Below the pieces are notes generated by a model. That model had not been told where the DNA came from. It saw only the letters and a program-made list of their open reading frames with translations, and made no database searches. Of a stretch of 64,000 nucleotides of DNA, positions 38,053 to 47,733 are shown in pieces; positions within the stretch are counted from its first letter, which is position 1, and every line of letters begins with the position of its first letter. This stretch comes from an uncultured delta proteobacterium. Its GTDB lineage: Bacteria; Desulfobacterota; Desulfobaccia; Desulfobaccales; 0-14-0-80-60-11. The stretch spans positions 736,001 through 800,000 of the forward strand of contig CAWETI010000002.1 of the NCBI GenBank assembly GCA_963812015.1. The letters are read 5' to 3'. The position numbers were made by a program, and so were the translations under genes.

Positions 38053-39867
38053 TTAGTTGTTGTCCTTGCCCTGTTTTTCTTCCAGGGTCTCCCGGAGGAT
38101 ATCCCCCAGGTTGGAGGTGGCTTCGGTGCGGGAATGGAGATAATCCCGGTAATGGGATTGCTCCTCGTCAGTCTCCAGTTTCCGAATGCTCAAGCCGATG
38201 CGGCGTTCCGTGGGCGAGGCGTGGATCACCTTGGCCCGGATCAGGTCCCCCACCTTGAGTTCCGCCATCTTCTGCTTATCACGGCTCTGCTCGGAAATGT
38301 GGATGAGGCCCTCAATGCCTTCCTCCACCTCCACGAAGAGGCCGAAATCGGTGATGTTGGTGATGGGGCCGGAGATTATGGAGCCCATGGGGAAACGCTG
38401 GTCGATGCTCTGCCACGGGTTGTCGGCCAGGTCCTTAATGCTCAGGGAGAAGCGCTCGTTGTCTTTATCGATATAGAGGACCTTGGCCTGGATCACCTGG
38501 CCCTTCTTGAAGATCTCGGAAGGGTGCTTGAAGCGTTTGGTCCAGGAGATGTCGGAGATGTGCACCAGGCCGTCGATGCCTTCGTCGATGCCGATGAAGA
38601 TGCCGAAGTCGGTGATATTCTTGATTTTGCCTTCGATCACCGAACCAACCGGGTATTTTTCCCCGATGACTTCCCAGGGATTGGGCTCCACCTGTTTCAG
38701 GCTCAAAGAGATGCGTTTCCGCTGGGGCTCCACTTCGAGGACGGTGGCTTCCACCACGTCGCCCACGCTCAGCACCTGGGAGGGATGGCGCACCTTCCGG
38801 GTCCAGGACATCTCGGAGATGTGGATGAGCCCTTCCACGCCCGGCTCCAGTTCCACGAAGGCCCCGTAGTCGGTGAGGCTGACCACTTTGCCGCTAACCC
38901 GGCTGCCCAGGGGGAATCTCTCCTCCACCACGCTCCAGGGGTCCGCGATGAGCTGCTTCAGACCCAGGGAGATGCGTTCTTTTTCCGGATCGAAGCTCAG
39001 GACCTTGACCGTAATGGTGTCCCCGACCTTGAAGAGGTCCGCCGGGTGGCGCACCCGGCCGTAGGAGAGGTCGGTGATGTGGAGCAGCCCGTCCAGGCCG
39101 CCCAGATCGACGAAGATCCCGTAATCGGTGATATTTTTGACCACCCCTTCCACGATTTTGCCCTCTTCCAGAGAGGACAGGAGGGTGGTTTTGGCTTCAT
39201 TTTTCTCTTTTTCCAGGAGCACACGCCGGGAAAGGACGACGTTGCGCCGTTTGCGGTTGAATTTCAACACCTTGAATAAATAGCGCTGGCCGATGAGATG
39301 GTCGGTATGCCGCATGGGCGCCAGGTCAACCTGGGAACCGGGCAGGAAGGCGATGATACCTCCCAGGTCCACGGAGAGGCCCCCCTTGACCTTGGCCACG
39401 ATGGTGCCCTCTACTTCCCCATCGTTGTTGTACGCCGAACTGACTTCTTCCCACACCTTGATCTTTGAGGCCTTGTTTTTGGAGAGCATGAGGGCGCCTT
39501 CTTCATCCTCCCGGCTCTCCATCAGGGCTTCGACTTCCTCACCCACCTGGGCGGTGACTTCTCCCTCGGGGGTGGTGAATTCGTGGATGGGGATCTGGCC
39601 TTCGGATTTGTAGCCGATGTCCACCATGACATAATCCTTGGTGATGGACACGATGTGGCCCTTGACGACTTCCCCTTCCTGGACCCGCCTCAAGCTCTCT
39701 TCATAGAGGTCGCTCATGGACTCCATATCCGGCATCTCGGCCATGGGTTCCTCCTGGGATTCCGGAGCTGGCGCCGAAGTCGCGACCTCTTCCTGCTGGG
39801 GCCGGTCTTCTGCAACTTCCTCCGGCCGAGTGTGGTTGGTCAGTTCATTTTTTTCCATACCGTCCAT
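38053..39867 (-). CDS. rpsA: 30S ribosomal protein S1 (own SD, but in frame with upstream cmk)
   Basis: Six S1 repeats (VDIGYKSEG, ITDYGIFVDLGG, DYGAFVE, DFGIFI, DFGLFV); SD GGGGG before ATG 39867. Confidence 0.95.
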   Translation of the reverse strand: MDGMEKNELTNHTRPEEVAEDRPQQEEVATSAPAPESQEEPMAEMPDMESMSDLYEESLRRVQEGEVVKGHIVSITKDYVMVDIGYKSEGQIPIHEFTTPEGEVTAQVGEEVEALMESREDEEGALMLSKNKASKIKVWEEVSSAYNNDGEVEGTIVAKVKGGLSVDLGGIIAFLPGSQVDLAPMRHTDHLIGQRYLFKVLKFNRKRRNVVLSRRVLLEKEKNEAKTTLLSSLEEGKIVEGVVKNITDYGIFVDLGGLDGLLHITDLSYGRVRHPADLFKVGDTITVKVLSFDPEKERISLGLKQLIADPWSVVEERFPLGSRVSGKVVSLTDYGAFVELEPGVEGLIHISEMSWTRKVRHPSQVLSVGDVVEATVLEVEPQRKRISLSLKQVEPNPWEVIGEKYPVGSVIEGKIKNITDFGIFIGIDEGIDGLVHISDISWTKRFKHPSEIFKKGQVIQAKVLYIDKDNERFSLSIKDLADNPWQSIDQRFPMGSIISGPITNITDFGLFVEVEEGIEGLIHISEQSRDKQKMAELKVGDLIRAKVIHASPTERRIGLSIRKLETDEEQSHYRDYLHSRTEATSNLGDILRETLEEKQGKDNN

Positions 39868-40584
39868 GTTAGCCCCCTTTGACAAGTTTACTGGGTTTAT
39901 TTTCCAACCTGCCGGGCCAATGCTCCTGATCCCGGCCAGGCACTGCTGCACTACTGCTTCGATGCTCAAATCCGTGGTATCGATGACCCTGGCGTCCTCC
40001 GGGACGCGCAGCGGCGCTTCGGCCCGGGTTTCGTCCCGCAGGTCCCGGGCAGCGATGTCCGCCATGGTGTTGGTCAAAGATGGCGGCTCGCCCTCCCCCC
40101 GCCATTCCCGGCGCCGGCGTTCCGCCCGGGTGGCCAGGGCCGCAGAGAGATAAAATTTATGGGTGGCCCCGGGAAAGACCACAGTGCCCTGGTCCCGACC
40201 TTCGGCCACCACGCCGCCGTTTTTGGCCAGATGGCGCAGCCGGCTTTTGACCCACTGGCGCACCGCGGGGAGTGCCGCCACCCGGGAAGAGTCCTGGGTC
40301 ACCGCCGGGGACCTGAGGGCCTCGGTGACTTCGACGCCGTCGATCAGCAGGTGGAAGCCCCGAGAATCGGCCGTCACCTCCGGGCCAAAATCCGCCAGGA
40401 AATCCTCCAGGGTCTCGGGCCGGCCCAGGTCCAAACCCAGCTGCAGGGCCTGGTAGGCCACGGCCCGGTAGAGGGCGCCGCTGTCCAAGTAGAGGTAACC
40501 CAGGGATTGGGCCAAAAGGCGGCCCACCGTGCTCTTGCCGGCCCCGGCCGGACCGTCGATGGTGATGATTCCCCGGGGGCCCAC
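39868..40584 (-). CDS. cmk: Cytidylate kinase (no stop codon before rpsA)
   Basis: ITIDGPAGAGKST, LDSGALYR, EGRDQGT, RDLRD..R..APL. Confidence 0.92.
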
Positions 40585-41700
40585 TCAGTTGCCCGACCCC
40601 AGCACCTTTTCTAAAGCCTCGAGGAACCGCCGATTTTCCTCAGGCAGTCCCATATTGACGCGGATATAGTCGGGAAAACCGTAGGCATCCATGGCCCGGA
40701 TAATGACCCCCTGATGCAACATCGCCTGGTAGACTTCCTGACCTGGCCGGGGGACCCGGATGAGGACGAAATTGGTCTGGCTGGGCACCACGGTCAGGCC
40801 GAGGCGCGCCAGTTCCCGGAAGAGCAGGTCTTTGCCGGCGAGCACCACCTCCCGGGTTCGGGCCAGAAAGCCGGCGTCTTGCAAGGCCGCCCGGGCGGCC
40901 ACCTGGGCCAGACGGTTGACGTTGAACGGCATCCGGAGGCGGTTGAGGTAGTCCATCAGTTCGCTGGGGCCGAAGCCGTAGCCGATGCGGAGGCCCGCCA
41001 GCCCGTAGGCCTTGGAAAAGGTGCGCAGCCCCACCAGGGGCCGGTCTTCGGCCAGGTAGTCCAGGCAGGACGGCACTCGGGGGTCGTCGGCAAAATCGAT
41101 GTAGGCCTCATCCAGAACCACGGTGAGGTTGGCGGGGATGGCGGCCAGAAACTCCTCCCACTCCTCCTTGAAAAAGGCGGTGCCGGTGGGATTGTTGGGG
41201 TTGTTCAGGATGATCAGCCGGGTTTGGGGCGTGACCGCCTGGGCCACGGCCGTCAGGTCCACCCGCAGGTCCCGTAAGGGCACCGGCCGGAACATCCCGC
41301 CCACGGCTTGAGTCAGGAGGTCGTACATCAAGAAGGTGTGGGTGGTGCTCAGCACCTCGCCCCCCGGCGGCACCAGGGCCCGGACCAGCAGGTCCAGGAC
41401 TTCATCGGAGCCGTTCCCCAGGATTAGCTGCTGGGGGGCCAGACCGAGATGGCGGGCCAGGTCGTCCTTGAGGTAATAGGCGTGGCTGTCAGGATAGCGA
41501 TGCAAGGTCCCGAGGCTGTCCCGGATGGCGGCCAGGGCCAAGGGAGAAGGACCCAGGGGATTTTCATTGGAGGCCAGCTTGATGGCATCGGTGAGTCCCA
41601 GTTCTCTTTCCAGCTCTTCCAGAGGTTTGCCGGCCTGATAAGGCGTCAGTTGGGTGAGGTGAGGCGCAATGAGAGAGGTGAAGGGGACGCTGGCTGCCAT
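40585..41700 (-). CDS. hisC: Histidinol-phosphate aminotransferase
   Basis: KLASNENP, GNGSDE, NPNNPTG, DEAY, RTFSKAYGLAGLRIG. Confidence 0.93.
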   Translation of the reverse strand: MAASVPFTSLIAPHLTQLTPYQAGKPLEELERELGLTDAIKLASNENPLGPSPLALAAIRDSLGTLHRYPDSHAYYLKDDLARHLGLAPQQLILGNGSDEVLDLLVRALVPPGGEVLSTTHTFLMYDLLTQAVGGMFRPVPLRDLRVDLTAVAQAVTPQTRLIILNNPNNPTGTAFFKEEWEEFLAAIPANLTVVLDEAYIDFADDPRVPSCLDYLAEDRPLVGLRTFSKAYGLAGLRIGYGFGPSELMDYLNRLRMPFNVNRLAQVAARAALQDAGFLARTREVVLAGKDLLFRELARLGLTVVPSQTNFVLIRVPRPGQEVYQAMLHQGVIIRAMDAYGFPDYIRVNMGLPEENRRFLEALEKVLGSGN

Positions 41701-42216
41701 ATAAAGTGATTACCAAGTGTTTCCGGAGCCCAGGGAGGCTTGGGTAAAGGGGAAAAGAGAAAAGAGGACTGCTGCAGCAGGTGCTAGGTTGATGGAAAAC
41801 TCAGACCAGATTCCCTTGCCGAGACTGCCCGGGTCTCGGGCGGGTATGCTCCTTTACCCTGTTATCTCTTTAATTCAAACCGGTTACTCTTGGACCAAAC
41901 TCCTTTGTCAACGTGAGGGTATCAGACTTATGAATTAACGTTACTTTTTTAACCCAAGTTGCTAAAAAAATCAAGCAATTTCGGCAAGGACGGCAAAGAA
42001 GGGTCCAAATTTGCCCCCTGGCGAAAATATCCCGAAGAATTTCACCCGGCTGGGGCCCGCCAGGGTCCTCCTGACCTTGATGAAATCGTTCCCATCGGCT
42101 TTCCTTCCAGGTAAACCCAAGCCCGGCTGGTTTTTCCCCCTGCGGGTCCTTCAGGCGTTGACCTCAGACGCCATAATTGTTAGGGTAGCTAAAGGCCGAC
42201 CCAGGCGGGAGTGACC

Positions 42217-42849
42217 ATGCTGAAAGCGAATCTCTATGTGGACCGAATCGACCTCGCCCCTTACCTGACCCCGGAGGAATGCCGGGGGCTGGGGGGGCCC
42301 GATTGCGCCCAGGTGGCGGCCCGGCTCAAGGATGGCAGCTTGAAGCCCGAAGACTGCCTGACTCTCACCCCCGCCAAACGCCAGGCCCTGGCGGTGGCGG
42401 TGCGGGCCCTGGAAGTCCTGCCGGTGGTGCAGTCCCTGGAACTGCCCCGGCCGGTGCCGCCGGACCTGTTCGAAATCAACGAGCCCGGGCCCGACTCGCC
42501 GGTTTTGGTCACCGGCAACAGCGAATTCACCCTGGCGGTGGTCACCGGGCTCCTGGCCCTCACGGTCAGCCCTTTTTACCTGCTGCTGGTGGACACCCGA
42601 GGGGATACGGTGGACATGTCCATGATCTACCGCAGCTTCACCCCTCAGCGCCTGGACCAGGGCCTGGAGGCCCACCGCCTGGCCGAGAAGGTCAGGCGTC
42701 GGCAGCTCATCATCCCCGGGGTGGTCGGTCCCCTGAAAGAGGAACTGGCCAGCTACACCGGCTGGGACATCCGGGTGGGGCCCATCTGCGTGGCGGAGTT
42801 GCCCCTGTTCCTGGGGGAGGCTGACTGGCAGCCCCCGGCAGGCTCCTGA
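42217..42849 (+). CDS. Stand-alone AcsC/CdhE-like protein (degenerate Fe-S motif plus corrinoid Rossmann domain)
   Basis: PGPDSPVLVTGN, LLLVDTRG, LIIPG, TGWDIRVGPI parallel the AcsC C-terminus in this window; alternative GTG start 42211. Confidence 0.75.
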   Translation: MLKANLYVDRIDLAPYLTPEECRGLGGPDCAQVAARLKDGSLKPEDCLTLTPAKRQALAVAVRALEVLPVVQSLELPRPVPPDLFEINEPGPDSPVLVTGNSEFTLAVVTGLLALTVSPFYLLLVDTRGDTVDMSMIYRSFTPQRLDQGLEAHRLAEKVRRRQLIIPGVVGPLKEELASYTGWDIRVGPICVAELPLFLGEADWQPPAGS

Positions 42850-42939
42850 CGGGGCCCGGGAATATTTTGGGTCCGCCGTTGCCCCGATTCGCCGGAAGAC
42901 TTACTATGAAACATAATTGGTTGTGCAGAGAGGCGGTAG

Positions 42940-43293
42940 ATGAAGACTATCCTGGTGGTGGATGACGATGAGGCGATCCGGACGCTTTTGCAGGAAGAGC
43001 TGGAGGACGAAGGCTATAAGATCCTGATCGCCACTGATGCCCGGGATGCCTTGAAAATAGTGGAAGCCGAACCCCTGGACCTGGTCATTTTAGACATTCG
43101 CATGCCCGGCATGGACGGCCTGGAGGCCCTGCCCCGCATCCTGGGCCTCAAGGAAGGCCTGCCGGTGATTCTGAATACCGCCTACAGCCAGTACCAGGAA
43201 AGCTTCATGAGTTGGGCGGCGGACGCCTACGTGGTGAAGTCTTCGGACCTCACCGAACTTAAAGCGAAAGTCAAAGAGCTCATCAATAAATAA
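42940..43293 (+). CDS. Single-domain response regulator
   Basis: ILVVDDD, ILDIRMP, NTAY, VVKS. Confidence 0.92.
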   Translation: MKTILVVDDDEAIRTLLQEELEDEGYKILIATDARDALKIVEAEPLDLVILDIRMPGMDGLEALPRILGLKEGLPVILNTAYSQYQESFMSWAADAYVVKSSDLTELKAKVKELINK

Positions 43294-44507
43294 TGGACAC
43301 GTTGAAAAAACTCACCACCATCATCATGGCCGGGGGCAAGGGCGAACGCCTCTTTCCCCTGACCCGGGACAAGGCCAAGCCGGTGATCACCTTCGGGAGC
43401 CTTTACCGGATCATCGATTTCACCCTGTCCAACTGCCTCAATTCGGGGGTCCGCCGCATCTACGTCCTCACCCAGTACGGCAGTTTTTCCCTGGACCAGC
43501 ACCTGCGCCAGGCCTGGGACATTATGCACCCCGACCTGGGGGAGTTCATCTTCTCCATGCCGCCCCAGCAGATCATGACGAACCGCTGGTACCGGGGCAC
43601 GGCCGACTCCATCTTCCAGAATCTCAACCTCCTGGAGGCCGAGCGTCCCCGGCATGTCTTGATCCTGTCCGGCGACCACGTCTACAAGATGAATTACCGG
43701 GAGATGCTGGACTTTCACCTGAGCCGGGGGGCGGACCTCACCGTGGCCGCAGTCATGGTGCCCCGGGTGGAGGGCAGCTCCTTCGGCATTCTCAAGGTAA
43801 ACGAAGCCGGCGAGGTGGAGAATTTCCTGGAAAAACCCCAGGACCCGCCGGGATTGCCCGACAACCCCGATTTCTCCCTGGTGTCCATGGGGGTCTACAT
43901 CTTCAACGCCGAGACCCTGGTGGGGGAGGTCATCAAGGACGCCAAGCACAAGACCAGCAGGCACGATTTCGGCGGGGACATCATCCCCCAGATGGTGGGG
44001 AGCAAAAAGGTCTATGCCTACAACTTCCAGGACCCGGCCACCGGTGCGCCCCGCTACTGGCGGGATATCGGTCTCTTGGACGCCTACTACAAAGCCCACC
44101 AGGACCTTTTGGGGGCCAGCCCCGTGTTTGAGCTGTTCGACCCCGACTGGCCGGTGCGGGGCCGCCCCCAACTCTATCCCCCCAGCAAGTACATCAGCTC
44201 CGGGTCGCCGGTGATCGTGGACGACTCCCTCATCGCCTCGGGCTGTATCATCGAGGGGACCGTGTCGGGCTCGATTCTCTCCCCCGGGGTCAGGGTGGGG
44301 CCGGACGCAGTGGTGGAAGACTCGGTCCTGTGGGATGGGGTGGTCATCGGCCCCCGGGCCAAGGTGAGGAAGGCGATTATCGAAGACAAGGTGCGGGTGC
44401 CGTCCGGCTTTTCCATCGGCTACGACCGCCAATGGGACGCGGCCCGCTTCCACCTCACCGAAAACGGCGTGGTGGTGGTGCCCAACAACGCCGTCCTGGA
44501 AGGCTGA
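43293..44507 (+). CDS. glgC: Glucose-1-phosphate adenylyltransferase
   Basis: MAGGKGERLFPLT..AKP, WYRGTAD, SGDHVYKM, FLEKP, SMGVYIF, DFGGD. Confidence 0.95.
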   Translation: MDTLKKLTTIIMAGGKGERLFPLTRDKAKPVITFGSLYRIIDFTLSNCLNSGVRRIYVLTQYGSFSLDQHLRQAWDIMHPDLGEFIFSMPPQQIMTNRWYRGTADSIFQNLNLLEAERPRHVLILSGDHVYKMNYREMLDFHLSRGADLTVAAVMVPRVEGSSFGILKVNEAGEVENFLEKPQDPPGLPDNPDFSLVSMGVYIFNAETLVGEVIKDAKHKTSRHDFGGDIIPQMVGSKKVYAYNFQDPATGAPRYWRDIGLLDAYYKAHQDLLGASPVFELFDPDWPVRGRPQLYPPSKYISSGSPVIVDDSLIASGCIIEGTVSGSILSPGVRVGPDAVVEDSVLWDGVVIGPRAKVRKAIIEDKVRVPSGFSIGYDRQWDAARFHLTENGVVVVPNNAVLEG

Positions 44508-44597
44508 GCCACCGTCTAAGTCCCAGCCAATTCCTTGATTTTTCTCTCTTTGCGTGCTTGAATTGTATAAAGTTTAAAATTCTCTCAGGGACGAGTC

Positions 44598-45155
44598 ATG
44601 GATGAAGACCTGATCTCGGTTATTGACGCTGCACTCCAACTGCGAAAGCGGAAGCAGACGATTTTCAAAATCCTTAAGCGTCTTGGAATCGAAACTCAAA
44701 AACGTCGGAGCGGCAAAAGGGGCCAGCTTGTGGCGTATATTACTCAGGACGAATTCCGACTCTTGAGCCATGAGTTGCCCTCCTCTGGTGACGAAGGTGA
44801 TACCGAGCGAAACCAAGGAAACCCCGCCACGGAAGCTACTTATGCAGAACAAGGAGTGTTCTATTTAGTTCAGCTTGAGCCCGATCATGATCCTATGCGG
44901 ATCAAGGTTGGATTTGCGTTGAGAATTTCTGAACGGCTTCGGACCTTGCGATGCTCAGCGCCTTTCACGAATGTCATAAAAACATGGCCTTGTAAGATGC
45001 TCTGGGAAAAGACCGCCATAGAGTGCGTGACCGATGGCTGTGAGCGGTTGCACACCGAAGTATTTCGTACCGACTCGATAGATACGGTTATTGGTAAATG
45101 CGATAAATTCTTCGGTTTGATGCCAAGGCTATCGGGTGAAAATGTGGATTCATAA
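44598..45155 (+). CDS. Hypothetical protein with possible GIY-YIG-like (T5orf172/MUG113) domain
   Basis: GVFYLV...IKVGF...ERLRTL...TEVF pattern; lower GC than flanks. Confidence 0.55.
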   Translation: MDEDLISVIDAALQLRKRKQTIFKILKRLGIETQKRRSGKRGQLVAYITQDEFRLLSHELPSSGDEGDTERNQGNPATEATYAEQGVFYLVQLEPDHDPMRIKVGFALRISERLRTLRCSAPFTNVIKTWPCKMLWEKTAIECVTDGCERLHTEVFRTDSIDTVIGKCDKFFGLMPRLSGENVDS

Positions 45156-45271
45156 GCTATCAGCCGAATTTTTCCCCTCGTCCCCGATCTGAGCTTTGGA
45201 AAGCCCTTTTACCCGCCAAGTTAAACTTGGCAACGAGATGACAGTAACGCCATTATGGAGGCATAGTGCGC

Positions 45272-45925
45272 ATGAGTTCCATGGCCGCAGCCGCCAAAGG
45301 CTCCCTGACCCCCACCCGACTCTACCTGGTGCGCCACGGCCAGGTGGCCGAGGGCCATACCGACCGGTATCACGGCAACAACGATATCGGCCTGTCGCCC
45401 CTGGGAGTGCGGCAACTGGAAGAGTTGGCGGCGCAACTCCAAACCGTGGCCCTGGCGGGGGTCTATGCCTCAAACCTCAGCCGGGCCTGGACGGGGGCGG
45501 AAATCATCAGCCGGGGGCGTCAGGTGGCGGCCCAGGTCATCCCGGAGTTCCGGGAGATCCACTTCGGGGTCTGGGAAGGGTTGAGCTTCACGGAAATCGC
45601 CGCACGCTACCCCGCCGAACTCCAGGCCCGCTTCCGGGACCTGCCCAACTTCCGCATCCCGGAGGGTGAAAGCCTCATGGACGTCAGGGCCCGGGCCTTG
45701 CCCCGGCTCAATGACCTGATCCAGACCCACCACGGCCAGGCCTTCATCATCGTGGCCCACGCCGGGGTCAACCGGGTCATCCTCAGCGAGGCCCTGGGCC
45801 TGCCCCCGGACAACCTCTTCCGCCTGGACCAGAACTACGGCTGCCTCAACGTCATCGACTACTTTCCCGACATGGCCGTGGTGCGCCTGATCAACGGCGG
45901 CGTCAACGGTGTGACTGTCGGATAG
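45272..45925 (+). CDS. Histidine phosphatase (CobC/phosphoglycerate mutase family)
   Basis: LVRHG, REIHFGVWEG, PEGES, VAHAG; SD GGAGG. Confidence 0.88.
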   Translation: MSSMAAAAKGSLTPTRLYLVRHGQVAEGHTDRYHGNNDIGLSPLGVRQLEELAAQLQTVALAGVYASNLSRAWTGAEIISRGRQVAAQVIPEFREIHFGVWEGLSFTEIAARYPAELQARFRDLPNFRIPEGESLMDVRARALPRLNDLIQTHHGQAFIIVAHAGVNRVILSEALGLPPDNLFRLDQNYGCLNVIDYFPDMAVVRLINGGVNGVTVG

Positions 45926-45961
45926 CGGGTCTTGGCCGCGTTATCCCCGGTCGGGGAATCC

Positions 45962-46783
45962 TCAATCCATCTGGAAAAATTTGGTTGAACTGCGGATAAT
46001 TGCGGTCAACACGCGGACCCCCTCCGACGACAGGACGGATTGCAGCACCCGGTAACTCAACTTGAGCAGGGCCAGGTCATCCGTCTGCAGGTAGGTCACG
46101 GCCCGGGCATCCACCTCGTAGGCCTGAAGAAAAGCCGGCTCCAACAGCAAGGTGCGGAATCGGTCGAGATCGTAGGCCAGGGTGGCAAAGAGGTCTTGCG
46201 CCTGCGCGTTGACCGCGCCAGATTCCTCCAGCCCGGCTTTGAGGAGGATTTCCAGCCATTCCCGGCGCCCCTGGTCATACTCGACAAATCCCTGATTGGC
46301 CTGCCAGGACTCCACCGTCCATTCGGTATCAGCAAGGAACCCCCGGCAATAATCAAGTTTGCGGCAAAAGTAATAGTCTTCGACGCCCCGGGGCGTGAGC
46401 CGGCTGCCCATGGTGATGGGAAAGAGGCGGCAGGCCGCCGGCCGATGGGCGTAAACCGTGCAGCCGCCGGCGCCCAGGAAGGGACAGCCGCCCGCCGCAG
46501 TGCGGTGAGGGTCGATGAAGACCAGGGGGAGATGGGACTCCTGGTCAATTTCCTGCCGGGTATAGCGCTGGAGCAATTTCCCGGACGTGATCCCCAGACA
46601 CTCTTTCAGACGCAGGAGGTCATACGGGCTCAAAATGATGGTGGGGGTGCGGCAACACTGGTTGAAGCAGGGCAAATCGGCATGGCACTGGAAGGTAAAG
46701 CGGCTGTCCAGGGCAAGGCCGTCCTGGTCTGATGGCACTAATGGCATATAGAGCGACACCGTTTCCGATCTATCGGGAGCCAT
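45962..46783 (-). CDS. YkgJ/FliB-like CxxCxxCC cysteine-cluster protein
   Basis: FQC...CFNQCC, CPFL...CTVY..RP..CRLFP; start uncertain. Confidence 0.85.
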   Translation of the reverse strand: MAPDRSETVSLYMPLVPSDQDGLALDSRFTFQCHADLPCFNQCCRTPTIILSPYDLLRLKECLGITSGKLLQRYTRQEIDQESHLPLVFIDPHRTAAGGCPFLGAGGCTVYAHRPAACRLFPITMGSRLTPRGVEDYYFCRKLDYCRGFLADTEWTVESWQANQGFVEYDQGRREWLEILLKAGLEESGAVNAQAQDLFATLAYDLDRFRTLLLEPAFLQAYEVDARAVTYLQTDDLALLKLSYRVLQSVLSSEGVRVLTAIIRSSTKFFQMD

Positions 46784-47215
46784 GGCGTATGATGCCTCCG
46801 GCGGGGGATTTTCAGGAACCTGCCTGATAGTTTGTCAACAACCCGGGGAAATAGCAAGGGGTCCGTTCGGGGGCTCTTCGGCACGGACTCGAACTGAGTG
46901 TAAAGAAGAAATTGCCTTGAGATGCCGTCAGGTGGAAAAGAACACCTCTTTATGGACACCATCTTACGGCCCAAGACCCTAGGCCGAGGCAGGGTGCGGG
47001 CGCGATATGCTGACCGCGACCGGAGGGGGTCCGCAGGTGAACCAATTCCCCATATTGGGTTTAGGCTATGTGTACCAGCCTATGTTCAGGACCTGTGGCA
47101 TATCCCCCAAAACACATCAAGCCCGCACCCCATGGCAGGGTGGTGCCCTGTCAGGGCGACCCAGACAGGGATGGGGATTGCAGGCGAACATTTCTGGCGG
47201 ATCGTCTGATATGGG

Positions 47216-47267
47216 GATCATAGCTGCAACTTTTCCGGGTGAGGGGATAATTGCCTGGTTTGGCAAG
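47216..47267 (+). repeat. Dispersed repeat family A, copy
   Basis: GATCATAGCTGCAACTTTTCCGGG(TG)AGGGGATAATTGCCTGGTTTGGCAAG identical to 50241-50290 apart from a 2-nt indel. Confidence 0.85.
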
Positions 47268-47733
47268 GTATATGGCATTTAGCGTAGCTTTTCTTGATTG
47301 GTCGAGAGGGTCCTTAAGCTTTGAGGGGAATGAGATTCTCCCACGCTGCTCGACTCTGGCAGCTAGTAAAGTGCAGGAGGTCTCAGACTACAAACCGATG
47401 GGGTATTTGGCCACTGGCAGTTCGATAGACTCTGGGAAAAGATTGCTGCTTGACAAAAAATTGTGCTAACATAATCGGCTGGCTGCGCTTAAGAGGTAGT
47501 TATGCGAGATCTTAGCATTATTTTACCCCGCTTAAATAGGGGGTTTCCCTTCTATTCCCCGCTGTGCCGCACGCTGTCAGAGTGGTTGCCTGGAGGTCCA
47601 CCTTTGGGTCCGATGGGAAAATGGCAGCGGCTGACAGCCAGGGCGCTCTATCAACTATATCGATATAACTGGCCCGGGCGAGGAGACGTTTTGCACGCTC
47701 GGGCCAGGGTCCGAGGACCTGAGGCCGAGGGAA

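Noticed and set aside
42217..42849. HgcA mercury methylase call
   Set aside because: No N(V/I)WCA(A/G)GK cap helix, no C-terminal TM helices, no adjacent hgcB
47261..47276. Repeat A ends as sigma54 promoters (TGGCAAG)
   Set aside because: Correct GG-N10-GC spacing appears only in the 61567 copy, which faces no gene
46790..47730. Short ORFs in the 950-nt gap before the GT-C gene
   Set aside because: No SD, motif or compositional support
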